From an uncultured Spirochaetota bacterium (GTDB lineage Bacteria > Spirochaetota > Spirochaetia > SZUA-6 > Fen-1364), in NCBI GenBank assembly GCA_963820525.1, contig CAWGAA010000001.1, positions 2,720,001-2,784,000 of the forward strand: a stretch of 64,000 nucleotides of DNA, in the 5' to 3' direction. The position numbers were made by a program, and so were the translations under genes. Numbering within the stretch: the stretch's first letter is position 1; each line of letters starts with the position of its first letter. Shown one piece after another: positions 28,942 through 38,875 of this stretch. The notes under the pieces were generated by a model. That model was not told the origin of the DNA. It did no database searches and was given only the letters and a program-made list of their open reading frames with translations.

Positions 28942-30189
28942 ATGGAGATCCGGCAGTACATAGAATCCATGGCGCGTTCTGCGAAGAAGGCATCGATCTC
29001 GCTTCGCGCACTGAAGGCAGAGGCGAAGAACGCGGCGCTCCTTCGCATTGCGGAGCTCATCGGCAAGGGTCGATCCACGATCACGGCTTCCAACGCCATG
29101 GACCTGGAGCGCGGAAAGCAGGGGGGGCTGTCTGCGGCTCTCCTGGACAGGCTCGCCCTTACCGACAAGCGCATCGACGACCTACAGAAATCTCTGGCCG
29201 AGATCGCTCAGTTCGAGGATCCGGTGGGAGAGATCGTCGGCGTGAGGCGTCCCCAGGGCTTCGTGCTGGAAAAGGTTCGCACTCCGCTCGGGGTTGTTGC
29301 CATGATCTACGAGTCGCGTCCCAACGTGACGGTGGACGCGGCGGCCCTGTGCTTGAAGGCGGGAAACGCGGCGATCCTTCGCGGTGGAAGCGAAGCGCTG
29401 GAGAGCAACAAGGCCCTGGCCGCCATTATTCGGGAAGGCCTTGTCAAATCGGGACTCGATCCCGCGGCCGTGCAGCTCATCGAGCGCAAGGAGTACGAGG
29501 CGATCGATGTGCTGGTGAAGCAGTCCGGCCTGGTGGACCTCGTGATCCCTCGCGGCGGGGAGGCGCTGATCCGCAGGGTCACGGAGCAGGCCACGGTGCC
29601 GGTGATCAAGCACTCCAAGGGGGTCTGTCACCTCTATGTGGACGAGACGGCGGATCTCGAGATGGCGGTGAAGCTCGTCGTCAACGCCAAGATCCAGCGG
29701 CCATCCACCTGCAATGCACTGGAGAAGGTCCTCGTCCACGAGTCTGTTGCCGCACGATTCCTGCCGCAGCTCGCCCAGGGCATGCCCCAGGTTGAGCTTC
29801 GCGGAGACGACAAGGCCTGCGCCATCCTTCCCGGCATCGCGCGCGCAACGGAGCAGGACTGGTACGCCGAATACCTGGACCTCATTCTTGCCGTACGGAT
29901 CGTCTCAGGAGTGGATGAAGCCGCCGCCCACATCGAAACCTACGGATCCAGCCACACCGACGGGATCATCTCGCGCAGCCACCAGAACATCGAGCGCTTC
30001 GTGAGCGTGGTGGATTCCTCCGTTGTCACGGTGAATGCCTCGACACGCCTGGCGGACGGCGGGATCTTCGGCCTGGGAGCGGAGATCGGGATCAGCACGG
30101 ACAAGCTGCATGCCCGCGGTCCCATGGGCGTCAAGGAGCTCACGACGTTCAAATGGATAATTCGCGGAAACGGCGACCTTCGCGCATAG
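28942..30189 (+). CDS. proA: Gamma-glutamyl phosphate reductase
   Basis: IYESRPNVT, STCNALE, GAEIGIST, LHARGPMG. Confidence 0.97.
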   Translation: MEIRQYIESMARSAKKASISLRALKAEAKNAALLRIAELIGKGRSTITASNAMDLERGKQGGLSAALLDRLALTDKRIDDLQKSLAEIAQFEDPVGEIVGVRRPQGFVLEKVRTPLGVVAMIYESRPNVTVDAAALCLKAGNAAILRGGSEALESNKALAAIIREGLVKSGLDPAAVQLIERKEYEAIDVLVKQSGLVDLVIPRGGEALIRRVTEQATVPVIKHSKGVCHLYVDETADLEMAVKLVVNAKIQRPSTCNALEKVLVHESVAARFLPQLAQGMPQVELRGDDKACAILPGIARATEQDWYAEYLDLILAVRIVSGVDEAAAHIETYGSSHTDGIISRSHQNIERFVSVVDSSVVTVNASTRLADGGIFGLGAEIGISTDKLHARGPMGVKELTTFKWIIRGNGDLRA

Positions 30190-30242
30190 CCCGCCACTTC
30201 GCTTAAGGCGAGCATTCATGCCCACCAAGGAAAGGAACGTTT

Positions 30243-31778
30243 ATGGAAAAAGCGCGGATCATGATAGTCGAGGACGAGGGCCTCGTCGCCCTTCAAATCA
30301 AGGAAACACTCGAAAACCTGGGCTACCAGGTTCCAGCGATTGCCCTCTCCGGCGAAGAGGCCGTGGCGAAGATCTCGGGCTCAGAGCCGGATCTCGTGCT
30401 CATGGACATCCAGCTCAAGGGGGAGATCAACGGCATCCAGGCGGCCAAGAGGATCCATGGCGCCCTCGAGGTCCCGGTTGTCTTCCTCACCGCCTATTCT
30501 GACGCGGAGACCCTCCAGATGGCGGAGCTTACGGATCCCTACGGCTACATCCTGAAGCCATTCGACGAGCGCTCTCTCCATGCCGTGATCCAGATGGCCC
30601 TCCTCAAGAGCCGCAGGGTGCGGGTTTCTCAGGAGCGCGGGATGTGGGTGTCCGCCATCCCCTCCAGCCTGAGCGAAGCCGTGGTCATTTCGGATACCAA
30701 GGGCCAGGTGAAGTTCGTCAACAGCGCGGCCGAGTCCCTGCTGGGCATCCAGAAGGAGCAGGTCTTCGACAAGAGGCTCTACGACGTGCTCACGCTCGTT
30801 GATGCCGCCAGCCGCCAGACCGTCCGGATCCCCGTTTCGGAGCCGCTCATGGAAGGGCGCAGCGTAATCAAGAGCCTGCACCTTCTGGCTGCGGACGGGA
30901 CGGAGATTCCCGTCGAGTTCAGCGCCTCTCCCCTTCGCGGAATGGAGGGAACGCTCTTCGGCATCCTCTACGTCTTCCGCCAGACCACGGAGCGGGAAAG
31001 GATCCAGAGCCTCGTCCTCCACGAGCTGGAGGAGCTGTCCAAGATGCAGAAAAGCATCCTTCCTCCGCGCGACAGCGTGATCGACGGCATTCGTTTCGAC
31101 TATGCGTACCACCCCACGGCGTTCGGCGGCGGCGACACGCTGGGCTTCTTCCCCATTGGAGAATCTCAGGTTGCATTCTATGCGCTCGACGTGATCGAGC
31201 AGGGGGTTCTCTCCGCCCTCTTTTCCCTGGTTTTACGCAATTTCCTCTCCCCCGATGCCGAGCGTGGGGGGATGTTGATCAACATACGGGCCCAGAACCC
31301 CGATCGCCTCGTCCTTTCTCCCCAAGAGGTGGCGCGGGAGCTCTCCAAGCGCTTCTATCTCGGGGGCGATACCAATCCCTACTTCACCCTTGCCTACGGA
31401 ATCCTCGATCCGCGAAGCGGCGTGGGAAAGATCGTCCGGGCAGGATACCCTCCTCCTCTTCTCTTGAAGAAGGGTCGGGTAAAGACGATAAAGCCCGAAG
31501 GCTATGCTATCGGCCTTTTCCCCGAGATGGACATGCCCGTGGAGGAGTTCCGCCTGGAGAAGGGGGAACGGCTGATCCTGACCTCGGACGGCCTCATCGA
31601 TTGCACGAATCCGAGCGGCGCACGATTCACGGCCAAGAGGGCTATCGAAGCGATGCAGGAGAACAAGGGAAAGACCCTGCGGGAGGCCGTCGATGCCGTG
31701 GACACGGCCGTGCTGTCATGGCGGACCTCGGACAGATTCGACGACGACGTATCTCTTTTGGCCCTGGAAAAAGAGTAG
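30243..31778 (+). CDS. Response regulator with REC-PAS-PP2C (SpoIIE/RsbU-like) domains
   Basis: IVEDE, VLMDI, LKPF; PAS (FVNSAAESLLG); GGD, TSDGL, DDDVSLL. Confidence 0.88.
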   Translation: MEKARIMIVEDEGLVALQIKETLENLGYQVPAIALSGEEAVAKISGSEPDLVLMDIQLKGEINGIQAAKRIHGALEVPVVFLTAYSDAETLQMAELTDPYGYILKPFDERSLHAVIQMALLKSRRVRVSQERGMWVSAIPSSLSEAVVISDTKGQVKFVNSAAESLLGIQKEQVFDKRLYDVLTLVDAASRQTVRIPVSEPLMEGRSVIKSLHLLAADGTEIPVEFSASPLRGMEGTLFGILYVFRQTTERERIQSLVLHELEELSKMQKSILPPRDSVIDGIRFDYAYHPTAFGGGDTLGFFPIGESQVAFYALDVIEQGVLSALFSLVLRNFLSPDAERGGMLINIRAQNPDRLVLSPQEVARELSKRFYLGGDTNPYFTLAYGILDPRSGVGKIVRAGYPPPLLLKKGRVKTIKPEGYAIGLFPEMDMPVEEFRLEKGERLILTSDGLIDCTNPSGARFTAKRAIEAMQENKGKTLREAVDAVDTAVLSWRTSDRFDDDVSLLALEKE

Positions 31779-31915
31779 GTCCCTGCGACGCGCGCGGGCA
31801 AGCCGCGCAGGGCGGGCGCCGGCCTTATGCCCTCCCTGGCTTTGGCCGGCTGCCGGCGTCCGTGCCTCCGCCTGCGCGGCGTTTGCCTCGCTTCGTTCGG
31901 CAAGCCGCCGCTGAC

Positions 31916-33958
31916 CTACGCCCTCCCTGGCTTGGAGAAGGTGAGCGTGAAGCGCGTGCCGCCCGTGCGGTCCAGCTCCAGCTTTCCCCGGAGCTGGCTT
32001 GCCAGGATGTTCACGATGCGAAGCCCCAGCGTTGATGGCGAGCGGATATCCAGGCCTTCAGGCATCCCGACGCCGTCGTCGCTCACGGTCAACACGATGT
32101 CCTCGGGCTCGGCCCAGCTCAGGCCGATGCGCACGGTTCCCTTCCTCCCTTCGGGAAAGGCGTATTTCAGGGCATTGGAGGCGAGCTCGTTGATGACAAG
32201 GCCGCAGGGCACCGCCACGTCCATGTCGAGCACGATCTGCCTCGTGTCAACTTCCACCTTCACGGAGCTGGAGCCTGCCCCGAAGGAATTGTGAAGGTGT
32301 ATGGCGAGGTCGCTCACGTACTCGTCCATCGAAATCCCCATCGTATCGCCGGCCTGGTAGAGCTTTTCGTGGATGAGGCTCATCGACCGCAGGCGGCTCT
32401 GGCTCTCGCGCAAGAGACCGATCGTTCGCGCGTCGTTGGAAGCGCGGGCCTGGAGGTCGAGAAGGCTGGAGATCACCTGGAGGTTGTTCTTCACCCGGTG
32501 GTGGATCTCCTTCAGGAGAATCTCCTTCCTCTGGGCCTCCTTGGCTTCTTTCTCCGCCGTGATCTCCTGGATGAAGATCACGGACTCGTTCTCTCCGCTC
32601 GCCACGACGCGGGCCTCGAAGGAGTGCTCGGTCCCCTCGTCCATGGACTGGAACTCGAAAACCTGCGGGGCGCCCGTGGCCGCGGATTCGCTCACGGCGC
32701 TTAACATGCGCTCGACGATTCGCGGGGGGATAAAGGGGTAGACCGATGGGATGTTCTTCAGATTGATGCCGATCACTCCCTTGGGAAGCGGCCTGAAAGG
32801 AGCCCGGGCGGGCCACCGGAAATCGATCAGGGTCCCGTCACCCGCCAAGCGGAAGATCATGTCGGGCACCGCCGCAAGGAGCGCTTCGTTCCTCGCCTCG
32901 CTCCTTCGAAGCTCGTCCGTCGACCTCTCCAGGGCGTCGAGCATTCCGTTGATGGCCGCACCGAGATAAGCGATCTCGTCTGTGCCCGAGAGGGAGACCC
33001 GCATGGACATGGCGTTGCTCGTTCCCACGGTGAGCACGGCGGCGCTGAGCGAGTGGACGCGCGAAATGAACTCCTTCTCCAGAAACAGCATCACCACGAC
33101 CCCGTTCACGATCCCGATGAAGGCAAGGGAGAGGATGACGTAGGCCACGCCGCGCACCCCCTGCCGCTCGATGTCCCGGGGGGCCTTCACCCTGACCATC
33201 AGGCCCTTGTCCCCGCCTGCCTCTACGATCCTGGCGTAGCCGGCAACCGTTGCCGCGTCGAGCGGCTTCACGAGCACCGCGCCTTCCCCCGAGATCTGGG
33301 CTGCCGCGTCGCGGAAATCAGACGGCGTGCCCGGGGAGGAGAGATTCGCGATGGAAACCGAAAGCCGCGTCATGCGGGAAAGCCGGTCGATCTCCATGGC
33401 GTCGAGATAGCGGCCCATGACGAGCGTCCCGCGCGGAGGCATGCGGGCTTGAGTGTCGAAGATCGAGTGCGAGGCGAACAGGAGCGGCCCCTTGGCGAGA
33501 AGCGCGATCCCGCTCACCCCCGAGTTCCTTTTGGGGCTCAGCGTTTGATGGGCGGTGAGGTAGCTCACGAGGTCTGAAGGGAAAGGGAGATCTTTTCCCG
33601 TGGCCAGATCGACTGCCCGCTGATAGACGACCCGGGATGATGAGTCGATGATGAGGATCAGGTTGGCCTTGAAGTTGGTGTAGGTGTCCTCATCCGCCAG
33701 ATTCTGCTCGATGAACTGGAGGCTCCTCTCCTTGACGAAGGCGTACATCTCGTCCCACTCGGACCAGTCCTTGACCGTGGCTGCGAGGCCTTGCGCCTCG
33801 TCGTCCATGGCGCTCAAGAAGCGCGCCACATCTTTCTCCATGTAGCTTCGCTCGAGGTCCAGGTAGCTGTCGAGAATGATCAGGCGCGTTATCACCGAGA
33901 TGACGGCGAACATCCCCAGGAGTGTAAGGCTGATCACGCGGACAATTCGCTTCCTCAT
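31916..33958 (-). CDS. Membrane sensor histidine kinase, CHASE4-HAMP-PAS-HisKA_2
   Basis: DWSEWDEMY (CHASE4), EIHHRVKNNLQ, NELASNALKY, DDGVG, LGLRIV. Confidence 0.92.
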   Translation of the reverse strand: MRKRIVRVISLTLLGMFAVISVITRLIILDSYLDLERSYMEKDVARFLSAMDDEAQGLAATVKDWSEWDEMYAFVKERSLQFIEQNLADEDTYTNFKANLILIIDSSSRVVYQRAVDLATGKDLPFPSDLVSYLTAHQTLSPKRNSGVSGIALLAKGPLLFASHSIFDTQARMPPRGTLVMGRYLDAMEIDRLSRMTRLSVSIANLSSPGTPSDFRDAAAQISGEGAVLVKPLDAATVAGYARIVEAGGDKGLMVRVKAPRDIERQGVRGVAYVILSLAFIGIVNGVVVMLFLEKEFISRVHSLSAAVLTVGTSNAMSMRVSLSGTDEIAYLGAAINGMLDALERSTDELRRSEARNEALLAAVPDMIFRLAGDGTLIDFRWPARAPFRPLPKGVIGINLKNIPSVYPFIPPRIVERMLSAVSESAATGAPQVFEFQSMDEGTEHSFEARVVASGENESVIFIQEITAEKEAKEAQRKEILLKEIHHRVKNNLQVISSLLDLQARASNDARTIGLLRESQSRLRSMSLIHEKLYQAGDTMGISMDEYVSDLAIHLHNSFGAGSSSVKVEVDTRQIVLDMDVAVPCGLVINELASNALKYAFPEGRKGTVRIGLSWAEPEDIVLTVSDDGVGMPEGLDIRSPSTLGLRIVNILASQLRGKLELDRTGGTRFTLTFSKPGRA

Positions 33959-34071
33959 GCGCCTGCCCGTGAGCCTACCCGCCGGCGCGCGAGTGAGTCA
34001 AGCGTTTTCGAAGCCCTGGTGCATCCCGCCGTGGAACGCGTACGCGCGGGCCGCTTGAGACGCGGGCGGGC

Positions 34072-36204
34072 TTACTTCGACAGAAGGACGACGAGTGAGT
34101 GCGACGGCATCGGGTAGAGGTTCTTCACGATCCTTTGCTCCCGCCCCGGGCCGAGGATGTCGGCTGGGGAGGGCAGCGACGTGTCGATGGCGCGATACCA
34201 GGCCTCCTTGCCCGGGGGGATGGTCGCGAGGGTGAACAGGACGTCCCTGCGGGAGGCGTTCGACATGATGAAAAAATCGTTGTCGTCGCGGTCCGCCGCG
34301 GTGTCCGCCTTGTTGCCGTCTATCATGAGGGCGAGGGTCCTCCGCGCGGGAAGCCAGTCCGCCGGCTCGCCGTCCTCCGTGAACCATGCGATGTCCGGCA
34401 TGCGGTTGTGGCTGGAGTCCTTGCCGCTGTAGAACTCGGGCCTGAGGAAGGCGAGGTGACGCATGCGGAACGCTATCACCTCCCGGCAGAAGCGGTGGAT
34501 ATCGCGGTGCCTTTCCAGGGAGGTCCAATCGAACCAGGAGATCCCGTTGTTCTGGCAATAGGGGTTGTTGTTGCCCTTCTGCGTGCGGCGGATCTCGTCC
34601 CCGCCCAGGAGCATGGGAGTGCCCAGGGAGAGGAGAAGGGTGGTGAGGAAGTTCTTGACCTGCCGGTTTCGCACCTCCTCCACGACGGGATTGTCCGAGG
34701 GCCCTTCGGCGCCGTAGTTGCGGCTCAGGTTGTAGTCCCAGCCGTCCCTGTTCCCTTCCCCGTTCTCCTCATTGTGCTTGCGCGCGTAGCTCACCAGGTC
34801 GTTGAGGGTGAACCCGTCGTGCGACGTGATGAAGTTGATGCTGTGGAAGGGCTTCCTGCCGTCCCTGAGGTACAGGTCGGAGCTGCCCGACAGGCGGGTG
34901 GCAAGGTGCGATACGGAGCCGGGGTCTCCCCGCCAGTATCTTCGAACATCGTCGCGGTAGCGGTCGTTCCACTCCGCCCATCGCCCGCCGGGAAAGCTTC
35001 CCACCTGGTAGGCTCCGGCCGCGTCCCACGCCTCTGCAATGATCTTCGTGTTTCGAAGCACGGGGTCCTCAGCGATACGCTCGAGGATGGGCGGGTTCTC
35101 CATGATCCGGCCGCTTGAATCCCGGCCGAGCACCGAGCCCAGGTCGAAGCGGAACCCGTCCACGTGCATCTCCACAACCCAGTAGTGCAGACAGTCCTGA
35201 ATGAGGGTCCGGACGATGGGATGGTTGCAGTTTGTCGTGTTGCCGCAGCCGGAGTAATTCTTGTAGAGCCTCTTGTCCTCGCCCAGGATGTAGTAGATCG
35301 AGTTGTCCAGCCCCCGGAAGCAGAGGGTCGGGCCCGTCTCGTCGCCCTCCGCCGTGTGGTTGAAGACGATGTCGAGGATGACCTCGATTCCCGCGCTGTG
35401 GAGCGCCTGGACCATCTCCTTGAACTCCACAACCTGCTGGCCCAGTGCTCCCGCGCTTGAATAGCGGCCCTTGGGGGCGAAGAACGAGATTGTGCTGTAT
35501 CCCCAGTAGTTCTGAAGCCTTTCACCCGTGCGCGGGTTTACGAGCTCGTTTTCCAGCTCGTCGAACTCCTGAACGGGGAGAAGCTCGACGGCGGTGATTC
35601 CCAGGTCTTTCAAGTAGGGAATCTTCTCCGCAACGCCGCGGAAGGTGCCGGGATGCCGGACGCCGGAGCTCGGATGAAGGGTGAGGCTTCGCACGTGCGT
35701 CTCGTAGATCACGCTGAATCGAAGGGGTCGGTTCAACGGCTTGTCGCCCTGCCAGTCGAACTGATCCGAGACGACGATCCCCTTGGGCATTCCCGAGACA
35801 TCTGAAGAGGTTGAGAAAGAGAGATCCCCCTCGAGGGACGAAGGGTCGAAGCCGCGGGCGTCGGCAAGGTTCCACGTGAAGTTTCCGGTCACGGCCTTCA
35901 CGTACGGATCCAGGAGAAGCTTGTTGGGGTTGAAGCGGTGGCCCTTCTCCGGCTGGTAGGGGCCGTCCACACGGTACAGGTAAAAGGTTCCCGGCCCCAC
36001 TCCTTCTACCTCGACGTGCCAGACGTCGCCTGTCTTGTTCAGCTTGGGATCGAGATTTATCTCGTATTCAGGCGCGCTATCCTGGGGATCCGAGAAGAGG
36101 AGAAGCGAAATCGCGGTTGCGTTCCTGCTGAAAACGGAGAACTGCGTGCCCCGCGGCGTGAGCGTGGCCCCGAAGGGAAGAGGTTTTCCGGCGGAGATTC
36201 GCAT
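34072..36204 (-). CDS. glgX: Glycogen debranching enzyme (isoamylase, GH13)
   Basis: NYWGY, VFNHTAEG, DGFRFDL, AEAWD, HDGFTL; start at MRISAGKPLP. Confidence 0.96.
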   Translation of the reverse strand: MRISAGKPLPFGATLTPRGTQFSVFSRNATAISLLLFSDPQDSAPEYEINLDPKLNKTGDVWHVEVEGVGPGTFYLYRVDGPYQPEKGHRFNPNKLLLDPYVKAVTGNFTWNLADARGFDPSSLEGDLSFSTSSDVSGMPKGIVVSDQFDWQGDKPLNRPLRFSVIYETHVRSLTLHPSSGVRHPGTFRGVAEKIPYLKDLGITAVELLPVQEFDELENELVNPRTGERLQNYWGYSTISFFAPKGRYSSAGALGQQVVEFKEMVQALHSAGIEVILDIVFNHTAEGDETGPTLCFRGLDNSIYYILGEDKRLYKNYSGCGNTTNCNHPIVRTLIQDCLHYWVVEMHVDGFRFDLGSVLGRDSSGRIMENPPILERIAEDPVLRNTKIIAEAWDAAGAYQVGSFPGGRWAEWNDRYRDDVRRYWRGDPGSVSHLATRLSGSSDLYLRDGRKPFHSINFITSHDGFTLNDLVSYARKHNEENGEGNRDGWDYNLSRNYGAEGPSDNPVVEEVRNRQVKNFLTTLLLSLGTPMLLGGDEIRRTQKGNNNPYCQNNGISWFDWTSLERHRDIHRFCREVIAFRMRHLAFLRPEFYSGKDSSHNRMPDIAWFTEDGEPADWLPARRTLALMIDGNKADTAADRDDNDFFIMSNASRRDVLFTLATIPPGKEAWYRAIDTSLPSPADILGPGREQRIVKNLYPMPSHSLVVLLSK

Positions 36205-36370
36205 ATCACGTTTGCCGATAGCTCCCCTCCCGTTGATGGAAAGTGTAAGCGCACGCTGAGAGGAGGTCAAGGTAGGGTGGTACACGAAAAGCCCGATAAA
36301 TACGTCAAAGCGCCGGCCTGCGGTGGTGGCCTGTGGACAGGGCTGAGGTGAATACAGCATTACAATTTTC

Positions 36371-36399
36371 TTGACGTTTTGGTGCTATAGTGATATAGT
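36371..36399 (+). promoter_or_regulatory. Promoter of the TA operon with short direct repeats (possible RHH operator)
   Basis: TTGACG-N17-TATAGT; GTGCTATA-GTGATATA tandem overlaps the -10. Confidence 0.6.
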
Positions 36400-36418
36400 T
36401 ACTTTAGAGGATGACATT

Positions 36419-36652
36419 ATGACTACACAAGCGAGAAGAGCTACAGTGTATTTGGATCCCGAGTTACATAAAGCATTGCGGCTAAAAGCTGTAGAGACCT
36501 CGAAATCGGTATCAGAGCTTGTCAATGATGCAATTAGAGAAGCCCTCGCTGAAGACGCGGAGGATCTTGCGGCATTTGAAGAAAGGGCTGGAGAGCCATC
36601 GATTAGTTATGATGAAATGGTTAAACGGCTAAAGCGAGATGGCCGCATATAA
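36419..36652 (+). CDS. CopG/ribbon-helix-helix antitoxin
   Basis: RATVYLDPELHKALR..SVSELVNDAIR, acidic tail, overlaps the downstream toxin. Confidence 0.88.
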   Translation: MTTQARRATVYLDPELHKALRLKAVETSKSVSELVNDAIREALAEDAEDLAAFEERAGEPSISYDEMVKRLKRDGRI

Positions 36653-36896
36653 GATCTATTTCAAAGAATCCGTTGAGAAAGACTTCGCCACCATACCAAA
36701 GAGAGACGTGAAGAAAATCCTCAAGCGAATCCATGTGCTCGCTGAAAATCCGAGGCCTTCAGGCAGTGAAAAACTGACGGGTCAAGAAAGGTATCGGTTG
36801 CGTCAGGGACGCTATCGAATTGTCTACTCGATCAAAGACGATGAGCTTTCAGTTTGGGTAGTGAAAGTGGGCCATCGCAAAGATATTTATCGTTGA
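36639..36896 (+). CDS. relE: RelE/ParE-family type II toxin
   Basis: 85 aa basic protein; NPRP.G.EKL.G, YRLRQGRYRIVY, VGHRKDIYR. Confidence 0.92.
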   Translation: MAAYKIYFKESVEKDFATIPKRDVKKILKRIHVLAENPRPSGSEKLTGQERYRLRQGRYRIVYSIKDDELSVWVVKVGHRKDIYR

Positions 36897-37198
36897 AAGG
36901 ATCCATACCAAGGTAGCTAAAGGCGGCAGAGCCCTGCGGGGGTACCCCGTCGCTTTGGAGGGCGAAAGCCGCCCCATCGCCATTGGTCCATCGGTATGGT
37001 CGATCGGGTACTTCGAAAACAAGGATTGGCCATGAGGAATACGCGTGGGTAGCCGTAAGTATGACAGTTCATAGAGGAAAGGGAAAATAGCGCAGCGGCT
37101 TTTTCGGGTCCCGCGAAAATACCCACTCCAACCATATTCTGGCCAGAATAGGTTCCGGCAATGAGAAAATCTGTAGTCGTAACTCCTTATACCAGCGA

Positions 37199-38875
37199 TC
37201 AGTTGCCACCCCTAACGACCATTACGCCCCAAGCGTTTGTTTTTTCCGACGGTTCTCCAATGCCGAGTTGTCCAGGCCAGAAAGTATGTGCAAAGTCTGA
37301 AGAAAGACAATATGTTGTTGACGACCAGTAAAGCGCGACTTCGATGTGAATGAACCCCGCCCCGGTGAGCAAACTAATTTGATTCCATTGAACAGCATCG
37401 CAAAGGCTTTCAAGTTCGTTGACATTCGGCACGCGCCAATCATTGTGCCCCAGATAATTTTCAGCCCGCAATTTGGCGGCATAATCCAAAGCATGCTGCC
37501 AGGTTACCGCTCCGTCTCCGATAGTGCCGTCGTTGTCGAAGCTTGGATCCCGATATTTTATTAGATTTGCATCTTGCGCCCAGGTAAGGCCTGTGAGATT
37601 GTCGGTAATAGTTTCGTCCATATTATTGATAAATCTAGGAGAGGGCCACGAGATGCCTTTTTGCAGGTCACCGTCATCGCCTGACTGAGTTGTCGTCGTC
37701 TGTCCTGTTTTTGGCAGATAATTAGATTCTCCTCGGACGGGAAAAAGATATTCAGGGGTTGACTTTGAGTTGTCACGCTCTCTTCCGTTCCAGAACTCGA
37801 CCATGCAATAGCTCCCTGAATCCCCGCAGTCCGTAGATGTCTTGTAGGCGGCGCCCATGAGATCTGTAAAACCAAAGGTTTGCAGCCAGGATATGGTATC
37901 TGTGCCATAGTTTGTGAGACTATGCATTTCCCTTCTATTGGGAAGGCGCCAATCATTGTGGCCTAGATAGTTTTCAGAATTCAATTTGTCGATATAGTCA
38001 AGCGCATGGCTCCAAGTGACCGCACCATCGCCAGGAGAGCCATCCGTATCAAAGGAAGGATCGCGAGCAGCCATCAGGTTGCCATTCGGCGCCCAGATAA
38101 AGCCAGTTAGATTGTCTTGTATACTGGTATCGGCCAGTTGGGAGAATCTCGGGGCTGGCCATGCTTTTCCGTAACTGAGTTCGGCATCGTCGAACGATGC
38201 GTAGCTTATTGTCTGTCCGGTCCTTGGTATATGATACGGTGCAGTAATGAACGAATAAACAGCAGATGCCACTGATGAGTCGTTCCAGCCGCTTAAGAAG
38301 GCGATTGCCTTGAGGGTGAGGCTGGAGGAGACGGTGATCTGGGTCCCTGAAGAACAGAGCGTTCCCGCGGTTTCGCTGGGCTGAGAGCCGTCGGTAGTGT
38401 AGCGAATGGAGGCCCCGCTTGTTGCGCAGGAGATGGTCACGGTTTGAGCCGAGGTGTAGATACCACCTCCAGGGGAGAAGGTCGGGGTGGCTACCGTACC
38501 GCTTGGGTTTACTATATAACTCGCAGAAGCGACCTGAGAGTCAGTCCAGCCGCTTTGGTAGGCGATTGCCTTGAGGGTGACGCTGCCCGAGACGTTGATA
38601 ATGATTCCAGAAGAGCAAAGTGTTCCTACGGTTTCGCTGGGCTTGGTGCCATCGGTAGTGTAGCGAATAGATGCACCGCTCGTGCCGCAGGAAATGGTCA
38701 CACCAATTGCAGCCGAGGGGTAGGTTCCACCCCCAGGCGAGAAGGTCGGGGTGGCAACGATTCTGCTGGCTTCTATTTCTTTCTTTATCGATTTCAGCAT
38801 GAGAGGACCATCGCAGCTGCCAAGGATAACAAGAGCTGCAACAAGAATGAATGATATTATTCGTAAAGTTTTCAT
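37199..38875 (-). CDS. Lipoprotein with two Fn3-associated/CHB_HEX_C-like repeats and two DUF1566 (Lcl C-terminal, CLec-like) domains
   Basis: Lipobox LGSC; VATPTFSPGGG..IRYTTDG..P twice; TGQT..DD..G..WP.PRF..DNLTG..W..DWR.PN twice; ends VRGG. Confidence 0.85.
   Translation of the reverse strand: MKTLRIISFILVAALVILGSCDGPLMLKSIKKEIEASRIVATPTFSPGGGTYPSAAIGVTISCGTSGASIRYTTDGTKPSETVGTLCSSGIIINVSGSVTLKAIAYQSGWTDSQVASASYIVNPSGTVATPTFSPGGGIYTSAQTVTISCATSGASIRYTTDGSQPSETAGTLCSSGTQITVSSSLTLKAIAFLSGWNDSSVASAVYSFITAPYHIPRTGQTISYASFDDAELSYGKAWPAPRFSQLADTSIQDNLTGFIWAPNGNLMAARDPSFDTDGSPGDGAVTWSHALDYIDKLNSENYLGHNDWRLPNRREMHSLTNYGTDTISWLQTFGFTDLMGAAYKTSTDCGDSGSYCMVEFWNGRERDNSKSTPEYLFPVRGESNYLPKTGQTTTTQSGDDGDLQKGISWPSPRFINNMDETITDNLTGLTWAQDANLIKYRDPSFDNDGTIGDGAVTWQHALDYAAKLRAENYLGHNDWRVPNVNELESLCDAVQWNQISLLTGAGFIHIEVALYWSSTTYCLSSDFAHTFWPGQLGIGEPSEKTNAWGVMVVRGGN
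38270..38760 (-). repeat. Two intragenic tandem domain repeats with a period of about 264 nt
   Basis: gagaaggtcggggtggc, tcggtagtgtagcgaat and ggcgattgccttgagggtga each occur twice; limits approximate. Confidence 0.8.

Noticed and set aside
33975..34070. Imperfect long inverted repeat between glgX and the kinase
   Set aside because: Pairing is interrupted, GC-rich background makes it weak evidence, and there is no U-tract
36917..37135. 72-aa minus-strand ORF downstream of the DUF1566 gene
   Set aside because: No recognisable motif or clear ribosome-binding site; probably spurious
36360..37200. Integron cassette interpretation of the TA module
   Set aside because: No convincing attC (RYYYAAC...GTTRRRY) pair and no integron integrase in the window
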